From Octopus sinensis (taxonomy: Eukaryota): a DNA stretch of 64,000 nt. The notes beneath the pieces are model-generated. The model was given only the letters and a program-made list of their open reading frames with translations, was not told where the DNA came from and searched no databases. Below, one piece after another: positions 42,235-55,268 of the stretch (its first letter is position 1; each line of letters opens with the position of its first letter). The position numbers were made by a program, and so were the translations under genes. The stretch lies in assembly GCF_006345805.1 (NCBI RefSeq), contig NC_043008.1:2356001-2420000 (forward strand). Reading direction: 5' to 3'.

Positions 42235-43650
42235 ATACATATATATACATATATATATATATACCCATATATATATATATATACATATACGCATAGCTAT
42301 ATATGTCCATGCATGTATATGTATGTGTGTGCGTGTGTGTATGTGCACATGCATAATTATGTGCGCGTGTGTGTGCGCGCGTATTTGACTGTGGTTATAT
42401 ATGTGTGTGTAATGTGGGAAAAATTAAATAGATTTCATTAACGCCATTATGAAATTGTAATGACTTAATGGGTAATTATATTTTATAGGTAACAATGCAA
42501 AGAAAACATAAATATATGTATAACTGTATAATAAAATTATTGGAAGTAAAATTATGAAAAAAATGTGAAAGAATATGAATCAATTAAAAACGAATGTGTT
42601 TTTTTAAATTTCTAGTTAGAATTTATGTTTATATATTAAATATAACGAAGTTAGTTCCCATATTAATATATGACAGGAAACTGGAGAATAAATGCATACA
42701 ATACGTACATGTGTGCTTACATAGAAATACACACACACATACATATACGTATGTTTGCATACATTCATACATTCTTCCTATATACACACGAATATATATG
42801 CATATTTCAGTATTTGTGTTTGAATGTGTTTATACGCATTACAATAAATATGTTTATTTACACATATAGTTACATACAAAAACCAGCATGAATAAAATGC
42901 TCCTGGTCATGATATTTAGTAACCTGAAGGTAGGAAAATGTTTAAGTTGTTTATTTATAAGAATTTACTGCGCATGTAGTAACCAACCAAATTATATTCT
43001 GAAAAATAATAATCACTAAGATTTTTGCTGAAAGGTGGTGGAAACGAAGATGAATAGTGAATCGAAAGGTAACTGAACTTACAAAATATTCTGTTAAACA
43101 TTATTCTAATTATTAACATATTCTTCAATACACATAATATTGTGTTTTGTACTTCTATCTATGTTGGTAATGGAGGATAAACGTGTACAGCTTCGGGGCC
43201 CATTCCTCTTGGATTGTTCATAGTTAGTTCTAAGAGGCCGAGACAAGATATACTGCATTTAGCTTAAACCAAGTTTGGTATCATCCTACATATTTATGTC
43301 TATAAATGCACAATGCCTGCACGCTGCAGCATGAATACGCAGTCAAAAGTTGTGTATGGAATGATGTTTGTAAGAAATAATATAATTTTCTTCAATTGTA
43401 AATACAATGTACAAAAAATACAAAACTTTTCCAAGTGTTATTTATAAGAATGTATACATTAGGGACAAAAGAATGTACAGCAGACATAAGTTCGTGCCTA
43501 TGAAAGTTTTTCTATCTATGTATTTAGGTATGTAGGTATGTATGTATGTAATTGTGATTCTGTGTTCCTGTATGTATATCATATTATATTATATATATAT
43601 ATATGCGTATAAATATGCGAAGTTACCAATACATTATAAGAGTGTGTGTG

Positions 43651-43689
<39 letters not shown>

Positions 43690-43979
43690 GTTTGTGTGTA
43701 TGTGTGTACATACCTCGGTAGCGTAATACGTCTCAAAACTACGATGACGGCTATTACAAAATGGGATGATCTACAGTGCTTCTTCCACATTTGAACGGGT
43801 AACATATTAATTCGGCCATCCGACGGACAGTTGTAATGGACGAAATATACAAATTTTCATGCCAAAGACGGAGGCTTTCCAAAAATTATTTGGACATAAA
43901 AACTCGGGTAAACAAACACCAACCAAGCATTTCTCTTTGCATGTGTATCTATCTGTCTCATTTTCTCACACTACTCCAC

Positions 43980-44012
<33 letters not shown>

Positions 44013-44035
44013 TATATACATATATAAATATACAT

Positions 44036-44066
<31 letters not shown>

Positions 44067-44091
44067 CCAGCATATACATATACATACACAC

Positions 44092-44182
<91 letters not shown>

Positions 44183-44227
44183 CAAGTACAACAAACACAT
44201 GCGTTCTATATGTATTTTGAATGACTC

Positions 44228-44258
<31 letters not shown>

Positions 44259-45014
44259 GTGTATATGTCGGTGTGTGTATGGTACGATATACAAGTATTT
44301 TAGTGTTAGTGTTAACTCGAGACGAAAGAAAATTATAAAACAAAAATTAAAACAAACATTTGTACATCCCTCCAAGCACTGCATCAGATAAAGGAGAAGA
44401 AAAAACGAACGAGATGATTAGAAAAGTAATTAATATTAGTTAATTGTTTGAACTAATAGAGAATTGTGAAGTTTTATATTTATCAGAGAAAATAACTAAA
44501 TATTATAAGAAGTTTGTTGTTAGCGTCATTCAATGTTTGCGTCTTAGGGCTGAGTTGATTGTTAGTCTCTGTTGAGTCTATGCAGCCAACGTACGAAAAG
44601 ACCTTCTAAGAAGATTTCTACAAACAACATTATAAAAATAAACAAACATAGATCTCACAAAGGCTTCGGTGACTGGAACCTAGGAGACATTTTCAATAAT
44701 ATTGTTTGTTAAAATATAGTTTGTAGACGACCAAATGTGTGAGATAAACATTCAATTTAATATAAATATATTATTGTAGCATAAAAAATAAAAATTGATA
44801 TGTACATATATATGGTGGCTACCTGGAAGCATCATTAGATGGAAGAACCATCTCATCCCTTTCTACTTTCGGATTGGATGAAATAAGCACCAGTTCAGTA
44901 ACAGTAGCGACGTTATAAAAAGATTTCACTCCTCTCCGAAATTCATGTCATTGTACCACAATTTAAAACCGATGTATGGATATATGTATACAGGTATATC
45001 GTTGTATTTGGATA

Positions 45015-45104
<90 letters not shown>

Positions 45105-46202
45105 TACATATATATATATATATATATACATATATATGTATATTTAATAGTTTTTGTGAAAATTATATGATACTTTTTACTAACTATGAAATGATATTTT
45201 TTTTCTGAAATAATTTTAAAAAATTTTGATAAGTTCTTAATCCGAACGTTATCGAACTTTGTAGAAGTTTATTTCCACTGTGTGTAAATGCCTTTGATTA
45301 CATTTTCAAACTAAGGTGTTCTGTAAAAAAAAGAGGAAGTTGTTATTTTTTTAGATTCGTAAGAAACTTAGACAGAAACACACAAAAAAATCAGGAAATG
45401 TTAAGACCAAAATGCAATCATTTTCAAGATTGCATTGAATATTTTTCTGCTCAACATTTAGCTCGGAAATCAAATTGTTTAATTAACCGCCTTCTGTTTG
45501 CTTGATTACTGCAGTAAAATAATAATTTGGATGCTGCAGCAACATCCCATCAAGTAATTATTCGCTAGTCTGAGAAAGGCTTCGGGTTTTTATACCACTA
45601 AGAAGTTTATTCTCGTGAGTTAAATGACGAACTTGTCAACACATACGAGCTAGCATTAAATACAAACCACCCAGTGGGAGACCTCAAATATATATGTGAG
45701 AGGAATTTACAAGTGAGAACGAAGATTTGTCCTCTCTTACAAACTCGTTTCAATTGATACGGTTGCTTTGAAAAATCCCTGTAGTCGTAACGTACTATAG
45801 AAAATGGTGTCGGACTTTGGGTACCGGACAATCTATGTCAAGTGGGTAATAATATGCTCTGCTTTACTGAAAGCGTTTGAAATTTAGGAAAGGAATGCGC
45901 TTCCTGTTTCATGACAGGTGCAAACAGTGACGAAATTGAAAAAAAATGGTCAGCATATTCGTCACATTTTTTAAGGCCGACGAAATGGAAACTCCGGAAA
46001 CTGGCACAAAAGTGGGGATACAACAAAGACGCTAACACATGTTAGTTGTATTCTGCTGCAATCAGTTGTCATATTTAAAAAAAAACTTTTATTTTGTTTC
46101 TGATCGTAAGTGTGTAGACAAACAAACACACACGTACATGCAAACACACATATGCACACACACACACATACAAGGATGGGTGCACATGCACATGTATTTA
46201 AA

Positions 46203-46246
<44 letters not shown>

Positions 46247-46261
46247 TATGCATATATATAC

Positions 46262-46361
<100 letters not shown>

Positions 46362-47611
46362 GATATGTGTATATATGCATTCATACATGCACACACGCAC
46401 ATTTATATAACGTCTGCAAATATAACACGAATATCATGATTATATAACTGTCTTTGCAATTCACTTAAAAATAAACATTCCACTAACCGATTAATATATG
46501 ATCAATTTAAATTCTCTGCATGTCTCCTCGAAAAAAGTAATTTTATTTTCAGCTTAGAAAGGCAGCTTGCAGCAAATAAGTCCAGGAATTACACGAGATA
46601 TATTTTTCTTACAGAACATTTGCACCAAATTGGATTCATCATGTCTAGTGTCATAGAGTGCTCCCTTGCTTACAGCTGTGTGAAATACAGATATTAAGTC
46701 ATAAAAAAATATCATAGATACTTATATATATCTATCCTGAATTTACTGTCGCACGAAAGTTCGATATACCAGACAAAATAATATTATAGATGATCGTTTA
46801 TTTCTTACTCTTTCCGAAATGAACAACTGAAGTAAAATATTTAAATAGATGTTGCGTGTGTGAGCGGGAAAGTCTTAAGCACAGGCGCTAAGTAGTAGAC
46901 ATAATCGTATAAAACTAATGTGCATTTTATCGTATGTATGTTTGTCAGTGTATACAGATGCATGTATGCTTGAATACAAACACACACCGATTTAAAGATA
47001 CCCACACACACAAGTACACGCATATATCTAAATGGAATATAAATTCATGAACTGGCATGTATGTATATATGCCTAAGTTATATATATATATACACAAACA
47101 CACACATATTGTATTGAGAAATAGGAAGCATTTAGAATTTTAGATAATTCTTTATCAATACCTTCGTTCATTAACCGAAATTTTAAGTGCCAAAATCAAA
47201 GCCAAAATTATTGCTTCAAGCTTTACTTGAAACAGATAATGCAGAAATATTAAGGCAGAAATGAAGCAAATAATTTCAAATAGCAGCTCTGTGAAGATAA
47301 CAAGTTTACAGAATAGGTGCCAAATTTAAGCTGACTATGTACATCTGCAATTCACAGAAAAGTGATCGCTCTATTAGTGTTACTACTGAGGAAATAAAAT
47401 GTTTGTCTCCAGCATCCATTTCATATCTCCAGGTATCAAAGTAGATGACTTCCAATGAAGTAGGTATCTCATACAAATACTGGAGTCGACTCATGAATAC
47501 CTAAGGTTTAAAAATCTATCGGCCTAGATTACTGCTTGGCTTATTAGAAAATGAGCGTCCCTATCGCTTAAAATTCTAGCAGTGTGTCTTCATAGAAGAA
47601 AGAGGAGATAT

Positions 47612-48095
47612 TGGGTTCGTTTCAAAAATTGTGTGGTCTGATTAAACCAGTCATAAGGCGTGTTCCTTGAAAATAACGTTTAGCAAGGCATTTGTTATTC
47701 TTAACATACAGAAGGAACCAGTCATTTCTAAATCGAGCAGCACAAAGACAGTGGTGACTTTATATTTCAAACGCAAGATCATCCTCTAACTGCTCTACTC
47801 GAGTTTATGAGTACCTGGACAAGCGGTTTTCATATCAAAACATTTGCCGACAATTTCCAGTCGATTGACCACCAGGATTATGAAACGTCAGGCCCTGGGA
47901 CATTTTCGTTTCAGGGGTTGTGAAAACCAAACTTGTTTTTTTTTCTAAAAGCCCAAGCACGTTTGATGACCTGACTAATTCCAGGATAGTGGCCTGCCAA
48001 TAATATAGTGCAAGGTCTGCTAATGTGTTGAGAGCTAATTTAAATAATGCATAGAGATCAAAGGTCAACAGTTTGAGCAATTCAGTGACAGAAAT
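47612..48095 (+). mobile_element. Tc1/mariner-superfamily transposase C-terminal remnant (maT/rosa-like)
   Basis: Frameshifted translation STRVYEYLDKRF...FPVD*PP, PWDIFVSGVVKTKL, CIEIKGQQFEQF matches '...WPPrSPDL.P.DfFlWG.vK...CI...G..FE'. Confidence 0.75.
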
Positions 48096-49542
48096 GACCT
48101 GCAGGGAACAATAGAATTCTTCTCCTAGAACAGAAATATTCAAATACAAGAATTTTCCCATCATATTAATCAACTGTATACCTATTCTTACCCACAGCTT
48201 TACACACATGCATATGTGTATGTATGTATGTATGTATATATATATATATATATGTATGATTTATGTATGTATGTGTATATGCATGTGTATATGTGTGCAT
48301 GCATTGATGTATGTATGCGGTACAGTTATGAAATTACGCCCTCAGCCACTGTATATAACAAAGTTCTACTAAAATCGACTCACCATATTTGGTGAAGTTA
48401 TCCGAGTCGCCTCTCGCCACGAGATGTTTTCTGTAAATGCTTTACTTCAATGCACATCTGTTTCGGTAACCTCTACTTACGCAGATATATGTACATAAAC
48501 GAACACGTACAGACATCAGCATATTTGACTTTAGTATACATGTGTGCATATGTAATGGAAATAATTACCGTCATTGAACATCCTGAACTGCTCTCATTTC
48601 AATGTCGGGGTTGTAAATGCGTACTTAATTTGAAAGGCGTAGATAGATGTTTTACTTTTTATATTTGAAACCAATCTAACAAGCTTTTTGAGTTTATAAT
48701 GTGACGGATTTTATATAGACGATTACAGCTAGGAGCCTTCTTAAGTCAACAAGGATTACTATAGCGCCGTATAGAGTATTATTGTTACTCATTATCTTAT
48801 TCATGTCGGCATAACTTCCCAGTTATTTTAAGTGAAATATGAATGAGTTTAAGTATCATTTTAAGAGTTCATATCAAGCTAGATAATGTGCTGTAATTGT
48901 CTACACACTCTTAGATTCACTATTCCTACTCGACATTCTGTGCATATACATATATATTATTTTATGAGCGTGCAAGTGAACGTTCGTTTGTGGTTCGTAC
49001 GAAGTTGGTTACTATTTCATTATGCATGTTACTCTAAATTGGAACGTAGATGTAATCAATTTATATAAACATGTAGCGTCACATATCTTCTTACATTACT
49101 TCGTTTATAATATTCAATAATAAATTTAATGCTCAAAGTAATAGAAATAATATGAAGAAGAACATGATTTTAAACTCTGATTGCAACTACAAAGAATGGT
49201 ACGCGTTTTTGGCAGAAGATGAAACAATATACACTAGAGAAATTATTCAGTATTTAGCGGAAAAGAATGCGGAATGGACAAATTTGTTGTCAAATTCAAT
49301 GAATATTTGAGACGATTCTTTCATAGAATTTTTTAATTGTTTGGAATTATCATTTCATTTGATTTTAACATATATATATTATAACATTTTTTATTTAATC
49401 AATATATATATATATATATGTATGTATGTATGTATGTAAAAAAAAAGTATATGTATATATATTATTGTATTAGAAAACTTTTTTTCTGTCAAAAGAAACA
49501 TAAGTGAGTATACGATATTTAATAGATAGTTTATTATTTTAT

Positions 49543-49546
49543 AATG

Positions 49547-49611
<65 letters not shown>
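49543..49611. repeat. Pure (AAT)n array, left flank of the R4-like insertion
   Basis: Directly visible. Confidence 0.95.
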
Positions 49612-49612
<1 letters not shown>

Positions 49613-49613
49613 G

Positions 49614-50105
49614 TAAACGAGAAAACGAGAAAGCAACCATACTCTGGGATATGCCGATACACACAGATAGAGAAATTAAGGCCAACAGACCAGATATAGT
49701 TGTCAGAGACCATGAAGAAAAAAAATGATTTCTAATTGATGTATCAGTACCGGCAGATGACAACGTGTCTCTAAAAGAAATGGAGAAACTCTCAAAATAC
49801 AAAGACCTGGAAATAGAGGTAACTAGAATGTGGAATCTGAAAACAGAAACAATACCTATCATAGTAGGTGCATTAGGCATGATAAAAAAAATATTCAGAC
49901 AAATACATAACAAAAACACCAGGACTTACAAACACATATAACATACAGAAAATTGCACTACTAGGCACTGCACACATCCTACGCAGAACACTTTCCATAC
50001 AATAACCATCAGAGCATCACAACAAATCACAGCACATACCCAAGGCACACAGAGCTGCGCTCGGTAGTGAAGTGAAAGCACGCTATAAAAATAAAAATAA
50101 AACTA

Positions 50106-50108
<3 letters not shown>
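49614..50108 (+). mobile_element. Young 5'-truncated R4/Dong-like element: RLE domain plus 3' UTR
   Basis: ENEKATILWDMPIHTDREIKANRPDIVVRDHEEKK*FLIDVSVPADDNVSLKEMEKLSKYKDLEIEVTRMWNLKTETIPIIVGALGMIKK/YSDKYITKTPGLTNTYNIQKIALLGTAHILRRTLSIQ*. Only one stop (49726) and one A-run frameshift; stop at 50003-50005; followed by (AAT)n 50109-50136. Confidence 0.95.
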
Positions 50109-50136
<28 letters not shown>

Positions 50137-50764
50137 GATATTAACATTTTTATGTTTTGGTCCAATTCTTGATCTCTTAGCAGTTCATTGGTTGAATTTC
50201 AATGGTTTAAATGTTGTTTATTGAAGACAAATACAGTATACATATTTGTGTTTACTGTTGAGAAGGATGAAGGTTACTAATAAGTGTTTGATTAACCTTT
50301 CATAGCTTCCACATTCGAAATCTGTTTTTGGTATAGATCAGATAATTTTTATGAACACATCTGCCATTCAGTAGGTATCATGATTATGATGGATTTGACT
50401 TTTTTTCTGTTTTCATATTCCATACAACAAGTGTGTAGCAAAATTTTAATTTTGCTATTTGGTTTTACGTAACGTTACATCATATTCTACGTATTTCAGA
50501 TCTGTTATTAGACTAAACAAAACAGGATGAATTCTTGCAGTGGCCTCATCCGTTCGGAAACATAGTTTTCTTCAAAATCACTTTTGACAAGTTATATATT
50601 CATCATTTCAGGTCTGCTGATCATCGATTTCATATATCAAGATTAACTTACATACGATGTTTACAGCGTTACATAGAAGAAAAATGCTACCATATTCTCT
50701 ACATAATATATGTTTGTGTGTGTGTGTGTGTGTGAGTGTATATATCGGAACATTAGTAATATAA

Positions 50765-52360
50765 TTAAAAGAATAGGCGTCTCTGTGTATGTCCCGTTAC
50801 GCATGCTCAATGATAGATATTAATAAATTATAGCGTTTTCGAAACCGGAGTATATGTTTATACGCATGCGTGAAGTCAGGTTACTAACCAATGAATATGG
50901 AATCATATCTGAAGATTTGCGATAATCAATCCCAAATCATCCACAAATTTGTCCTTATTGCATTCACATCTTATCTTTCAATAATTGGCCATCTTCGTTA
51001 CCTCTACATTTCATCCTACAAGCCTTTCGTCCCATTGTTTAAAAAGCATTGACATCTAGAAATGCGTACATTTCGATTGAAATCCATCCTGCCGGTAGCT
51101 TTCACATTAAAGGAATGCAATAAATAGGTCTGTAGTTGTAGGGAGCAGTCGTCTGTTCAATACCGCCTTCAAGCACACCACCGGTCATCTTTGATGAACC
51201 ATCCTGGAATTTCTTGTCTTCATCAATCAATCCATTAAATTGCTCAGCAATGAATTTATGGTACTTATTGTGTTTTTGTAAACTAAAATGTCTCTACACC
51301 ATCAAGTCCTGGTCATCTTCGCGTATTTCATAGCCTACTCGGTCAAGACGATTAACACTTGCAAGGGAAAAGAAACTGTTTCCTTTAGATTGCAGAGCCA
51401 TCCGTTACTGCATTATGTTCTTTTAGCTTGCTTCATATTTCACCCAAAAACTGTCGGTTTTTTTTATTTCCATTAGGAATTAATCTTTCTCGTGGAAAAT
51501 AACCATTAATGTCTTGATAAAAGCTCGGCCAATTCTAAAACACGGCACTGTTTAACCCGCAACTCAAACATAGTTTTGCTTTCTTGGCAAGTATACGTTC
51601 CTTCAGATATTCTATCACCAGATTCTGTCTTTTTTCTGTCGACAACATACCTCCTCACATTTTCTAATTTACAGCGTTTCTTCCTTTTCTTTTCCTGTCA
51701 AGTATTGACACTACACTGCTCAAAGAGCTTACAACTCATATTCTCTTTTTGCACTAAGATCTTTTATATCCTTTTCTGTCCGTCAATGTTCTGCTCTCAT
51801 TGATCTTTATTTCCATCCTTGCTGCAGCAGTCCTACATGCAGCTCGGTGAGTTTCTTTGTGTGTGGCATGTTAAATATTTCAATCTGCTTTAATACATTA
51901 TTGACTTTACTTGTTTCTTTATTTATCTCAATTGAAGAACGACACGGAATTTCTCTCCATTTTGCATTTAATACATCCAAATCCCTTTTCCTTGACTTTT
52001 GATCTTCATCCTGTAATTATTCATTGATCTCCGTTCGAATCTCTCTACACCCCAGGATATTTCTGTGAAAAATTGTCCACTTCTTCCATAACTTGCCAGT
52101 TTTGCTTGTCAATGCTGAGCATACCAAGGTATCCCTCTCCTAAAATGATTGACATCCAAAGGTAACGAGATCAGCATCTCGGGTGCACTGTTTATCTCAA
52201 AGCACCAGGCATTCACCTTTTCTGTCACTTTCCTTGCCTGTTTCAAACAGCTTCTTTACTCGAAGGTCAGAATTCGGGCTGAAATCATAGGCTATAATTG
52301 GCGCAGTCCACTGGGGACTGTTATAATCGAAGAGCGCCAAACACCCTTCACCATCTCCAC
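50765..52360 (-). mobile_element. R4/Dong-like element, N-terminal region and first half of RT, degraded
   Basis: Minus-strand motifs in expected order: EYLKERILAKKAKL, FYQDING, PGLDGV, NYRPIYCIPLM, GIDYRKSSDMIPYS, RDIHRDAYSF (degenerate RGIFQGDSLS). Confidence 0.85.
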
Positions 52361-52364
52361 GCAG

Positions 52365-52371
52365 TCTTCTT

Positions 52372-52402
<31 letters not shown>

Positions 52403-52719
52403 TTCTTCTTCTTTCTTCTTCTTCTTCTTATTCTTCTTCTTCTTCTTCTTCTTCTTCTTCTTCTTCTTTTCTTCTTCTTCTTCTTCTTCTTCTTCTTCTT
52501 CTTCTTCTTCTTCTTCTTCCTCTACTTCTTCTTCATTATCATAATCTTGCAATTTTTTTCTTCCAAATCATCTACTTCCAATTCTTCTCATTCTGCTTCT
52601 TCCTCCTCTTCTTTTTTTGTTCTTACTACTACTACTACTAATGTTACTACTAATGCTACTACTTCTACTACTATTACTACTACTACTACTACTACAACTA
52701 CTACTACTACTACTACTGA

Positions 52720-52750
<31 letters not shown>

Positions 52751-52781
52751 ACTACTACTACTACTACTATTACTACTACTA

Positions 52782-52826
<45 letters not shown>

Positions 52827-52842
52827 GTAGTAGTAGTAGTAG
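52365..52842. repeat. (TTC)n and (CTA)n/(TAG)n arrays between two R4-like fragments
   Basis: Directly visible. Confidence 0.95.
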
Positions 52843-52844
52843 TT

Positions 52845-53650
52845 TTTCTTTCAATTTTCTTTCCGAATGCCTGCTCAATATCTAGGCCAAAGGAACAGAT
52901 TTAATATACATTAACAGGCCATAAAAATACACACACCGGATTCTTCATTTACAAAATGCAATGAAATTATGATTTTTTTAAAGAATTCCATGAGTGGCAA
53001 TCGTCAATGATATTCTCAATACTTTTGACGAACCACTTAAAGCGATCTTTCATACTTATTGTAGGGTCGGTAAACCACGGATCATTCGCACATAATTCAT
53101 AGTCCCTTTTCTTACCATTCCATGTATTCCTACAATCACTGCTATTTGAAACTGATTTAAGATGCAACTTCCTTTGCGATATCAATGAGCAAATCGTCAT
53201 ATTCTCTGTGCTGGTCAAATATTTTTTCCGAGATAATATTATCACAAGAATACTCATACCAATCAACAGACATACTTTATTGTTTTGGGCTTTCACAACA
53301 ATATCCTGTATATTAGCTTTAATGGTTATTTCTCTATGTACTGGAAAGTCGCGAAGAAACGCTACACGTTCTTTCTCAGTATGATGCTAATACACCTCGT
53401 CAACAGCTTTGATTTTATAATGCCGATATTTTAAACAATGTTGATATTGTCCTGTTCTGTTGTGTCTTCAGTTATACTCCAGTGTTGCTAAAACTTTCCA
53501 TCCATATATTAATTAGGCCAAGATTTCAAATTTATCATTGTAAATTCAGCATCTTGAATCTACTCCATTTTCATCACATTGGCTTAATAGTCCCGGGACA
53601 GTAATCTTTTGTCTTGAACAGCTAAGGTTAAGCCTTGGTATCTGCCTTTG
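52845..53650 (-). mobile_element. R4/Dong-like element, 3' part (decayed CCHC, RLE, 3' UTR)
   Basis: Across frames: LAVQDKRLLSRDY, RDFPVHREITIKANIQDIVVKAQNNKVCLLIGMSI, AVIVGIHGMVRKGT, KIALSGSSKVLR; homologous to the 49.6-kb copy. Confidence 0.85.
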
Positions 53651-53689
53651 ATCCTGAAGTCTATATTTACAAATGGCTTTCTCTGTCAG

Positions 53690-53987
53690 TGGAGGCGCAA
53701 TGGCCCATTGGTTAGGGTAGCGGACTCGCGGTCGGAGGAACGTGGTTTCGATTCCCAGACCGGGCGTTGTGTGTGTTTATTGAGCGAAAACACCAAAAAT
53801 CTTCACGAGGCTCCGGCAGGGAATGGTGCCGACCCCTGTTTTACTCTTTCTCCACAATTTTCTCTCACTTTCTCTTCCTGTTTCTTGAGTAACGCTGCGA
53901 TGTACTGGCGCCCCCTCCAGCCGGGAGAGCACATACGCCACAGAAACCGGGAAACTGGGACCATGAGCATGGATAGGCTTGAAAAGG
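53690..53987 (+). mobile_element. tRNA-derived SINE family B, second copy
   Basis: tggcccattgg A-box-like, ggtttcgattc B-box-like; shares gactcgcggtc, ctccggcagg, ctgcga.g.actggc, gaaaccgggaaac with 5127-5422. Confidence 0.9.
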
Positions 53988-54472
53988 GCGACGTGTGTCT
54001 ATGTGTGTGTTGGCGTGTATGCGTGCGCATGAGTGTGCATGTTTCAGTTGGTTTTTGAGAACTTGTTATATGTTCGCAGTGTTTATATGTGTAAATATAT
54101 ATTGGATGTTAGTTAATTGGAATTCAAAATATCGCGATGACTTTGGCCCAATTAAGCAACTTCTTCACACGAAATCACCGCCCACCACACACACCTTCTA
54201 CACAGAGAGTTACGTAATGAGATAAATAGGCGTAAAAGAAGCCAAATTTCTGTTTAATGAATGCGGAATGATTAAAGGATACAAGAAGTAATAGTTTAAA
54301 ATATTTTTTCCTACAATGCAATTTCACATTAAGATATTTATCAAACATTCTTATCTTCTAACGATGTAGCAAAAATTGCTGGAATATGATTTGCAATAAG
54401 TTCCAGATAATGCACTGAAATCAAAAGAAAATTTGGCTCCCATATTGAATATATTGTCATCATTTTCCTCAA

Positions 54473-54473
<1 letters not shown>

Positions 54474-54569
<96 letters not shown>
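54474..54569. repeat. Pure (ATT)n array
   Basis: Directly visible. Confidence 0.95.
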
Positions 54570-54971
54570 GCGACGACGACAGTGGTGGATAATGGTTTGT
54601 AAACGAACTGCCTGTCGCGGCTCTGAGAAGTGTCGGCGAGGTTCGTCGATAATCCAATATCAGCCACTGAAATACTGGAGGAAATGAGCGAATTGAAGAA
54701 GTTGTAAATCGGCCAGTTCGGATTGTCTGTCATATGAATCCTACGTTTTTATACCAGGTTTGTTTGGTGACAGCTTGGTAAATGTCTGTCTTAACTGGCA
54801 CCAGAACTTGATTAACCCTAGTGCTGTTAGCCGGTGTTTGTTCACAATGCTGCCAATGACGCCAAAATGAATATGCTGTAGGGAACTTTCGGCCTCCAAA
54901 CCTGATAAAATTGCGCTTGCGTTTGTAGCCAATGAGTTGGCGCAAGTCGACGGTCGTTGGGCTAGGTAAGT
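54570..54971 (+). promoter_or_regulatory. CpG-enriched block with two CCAAT motifs and a consensus splice donor; candidate promoter/first exon
   Basis: CpG visibly above background; CCAAT at 54853 and 54929; CTAG|GTAAGT at 54965/54966. Could instead be an unrecognised repeat. Confidence 0.3.
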
Positions 54972-55127
54972 ACAAATATCCAGTGAAATTAACTACCAGC
55001 AGCATGACGGATGCCCAACTCATTATACTGTATACCGAACGCATAACACACACTCACAACACAAAATACAAGAAGAAGAAGAAGAAATACATCTTATACT
55101 GTAATAGAAACGATTGTTATTAACAAC

Positions 55128-55268
55128 GCAGTTCACATTCCTCCGACGTTAATCTTTCTGTTCATGCTTTAGGGATCGTTGAGATAAGTACAAACTAAGG
55201 ATTTGGGGTAGATGTAAGTGACATGATCCTTCCCACTAATTTCAGTTCTGTGCCTTTAGCCGAAAGGG
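55128..55268 (+). mobile_element. SINE family C, degraded sense copy
   Basis: gttcacattcctccgacgtt...ttcatgctttagggatcg...ataagtac...tggggtagatgtaa aligns with 32370-32500. Confidence 0.65.

Noticed and set aside
52285-52345. Nested hairpin (ggcgc...agtcc/ggact...gcgcc) at the R4 5' end, considered as an HDV-like ribozyme
   Set aside because: It lacks the P2/P3/L3 and J4/2 arrangement of the HDV fold.
52967-53296. 109-aa minus ORF resembling a signal-anchor membrane protein (MKAQNNKVCLLIGMSILVIILS...)
   Set aside because: It starts at GTG inside an R4 RLE domain (RDFPVHREITIKANIQDIVVK...) and switches frame; it is TE debris.
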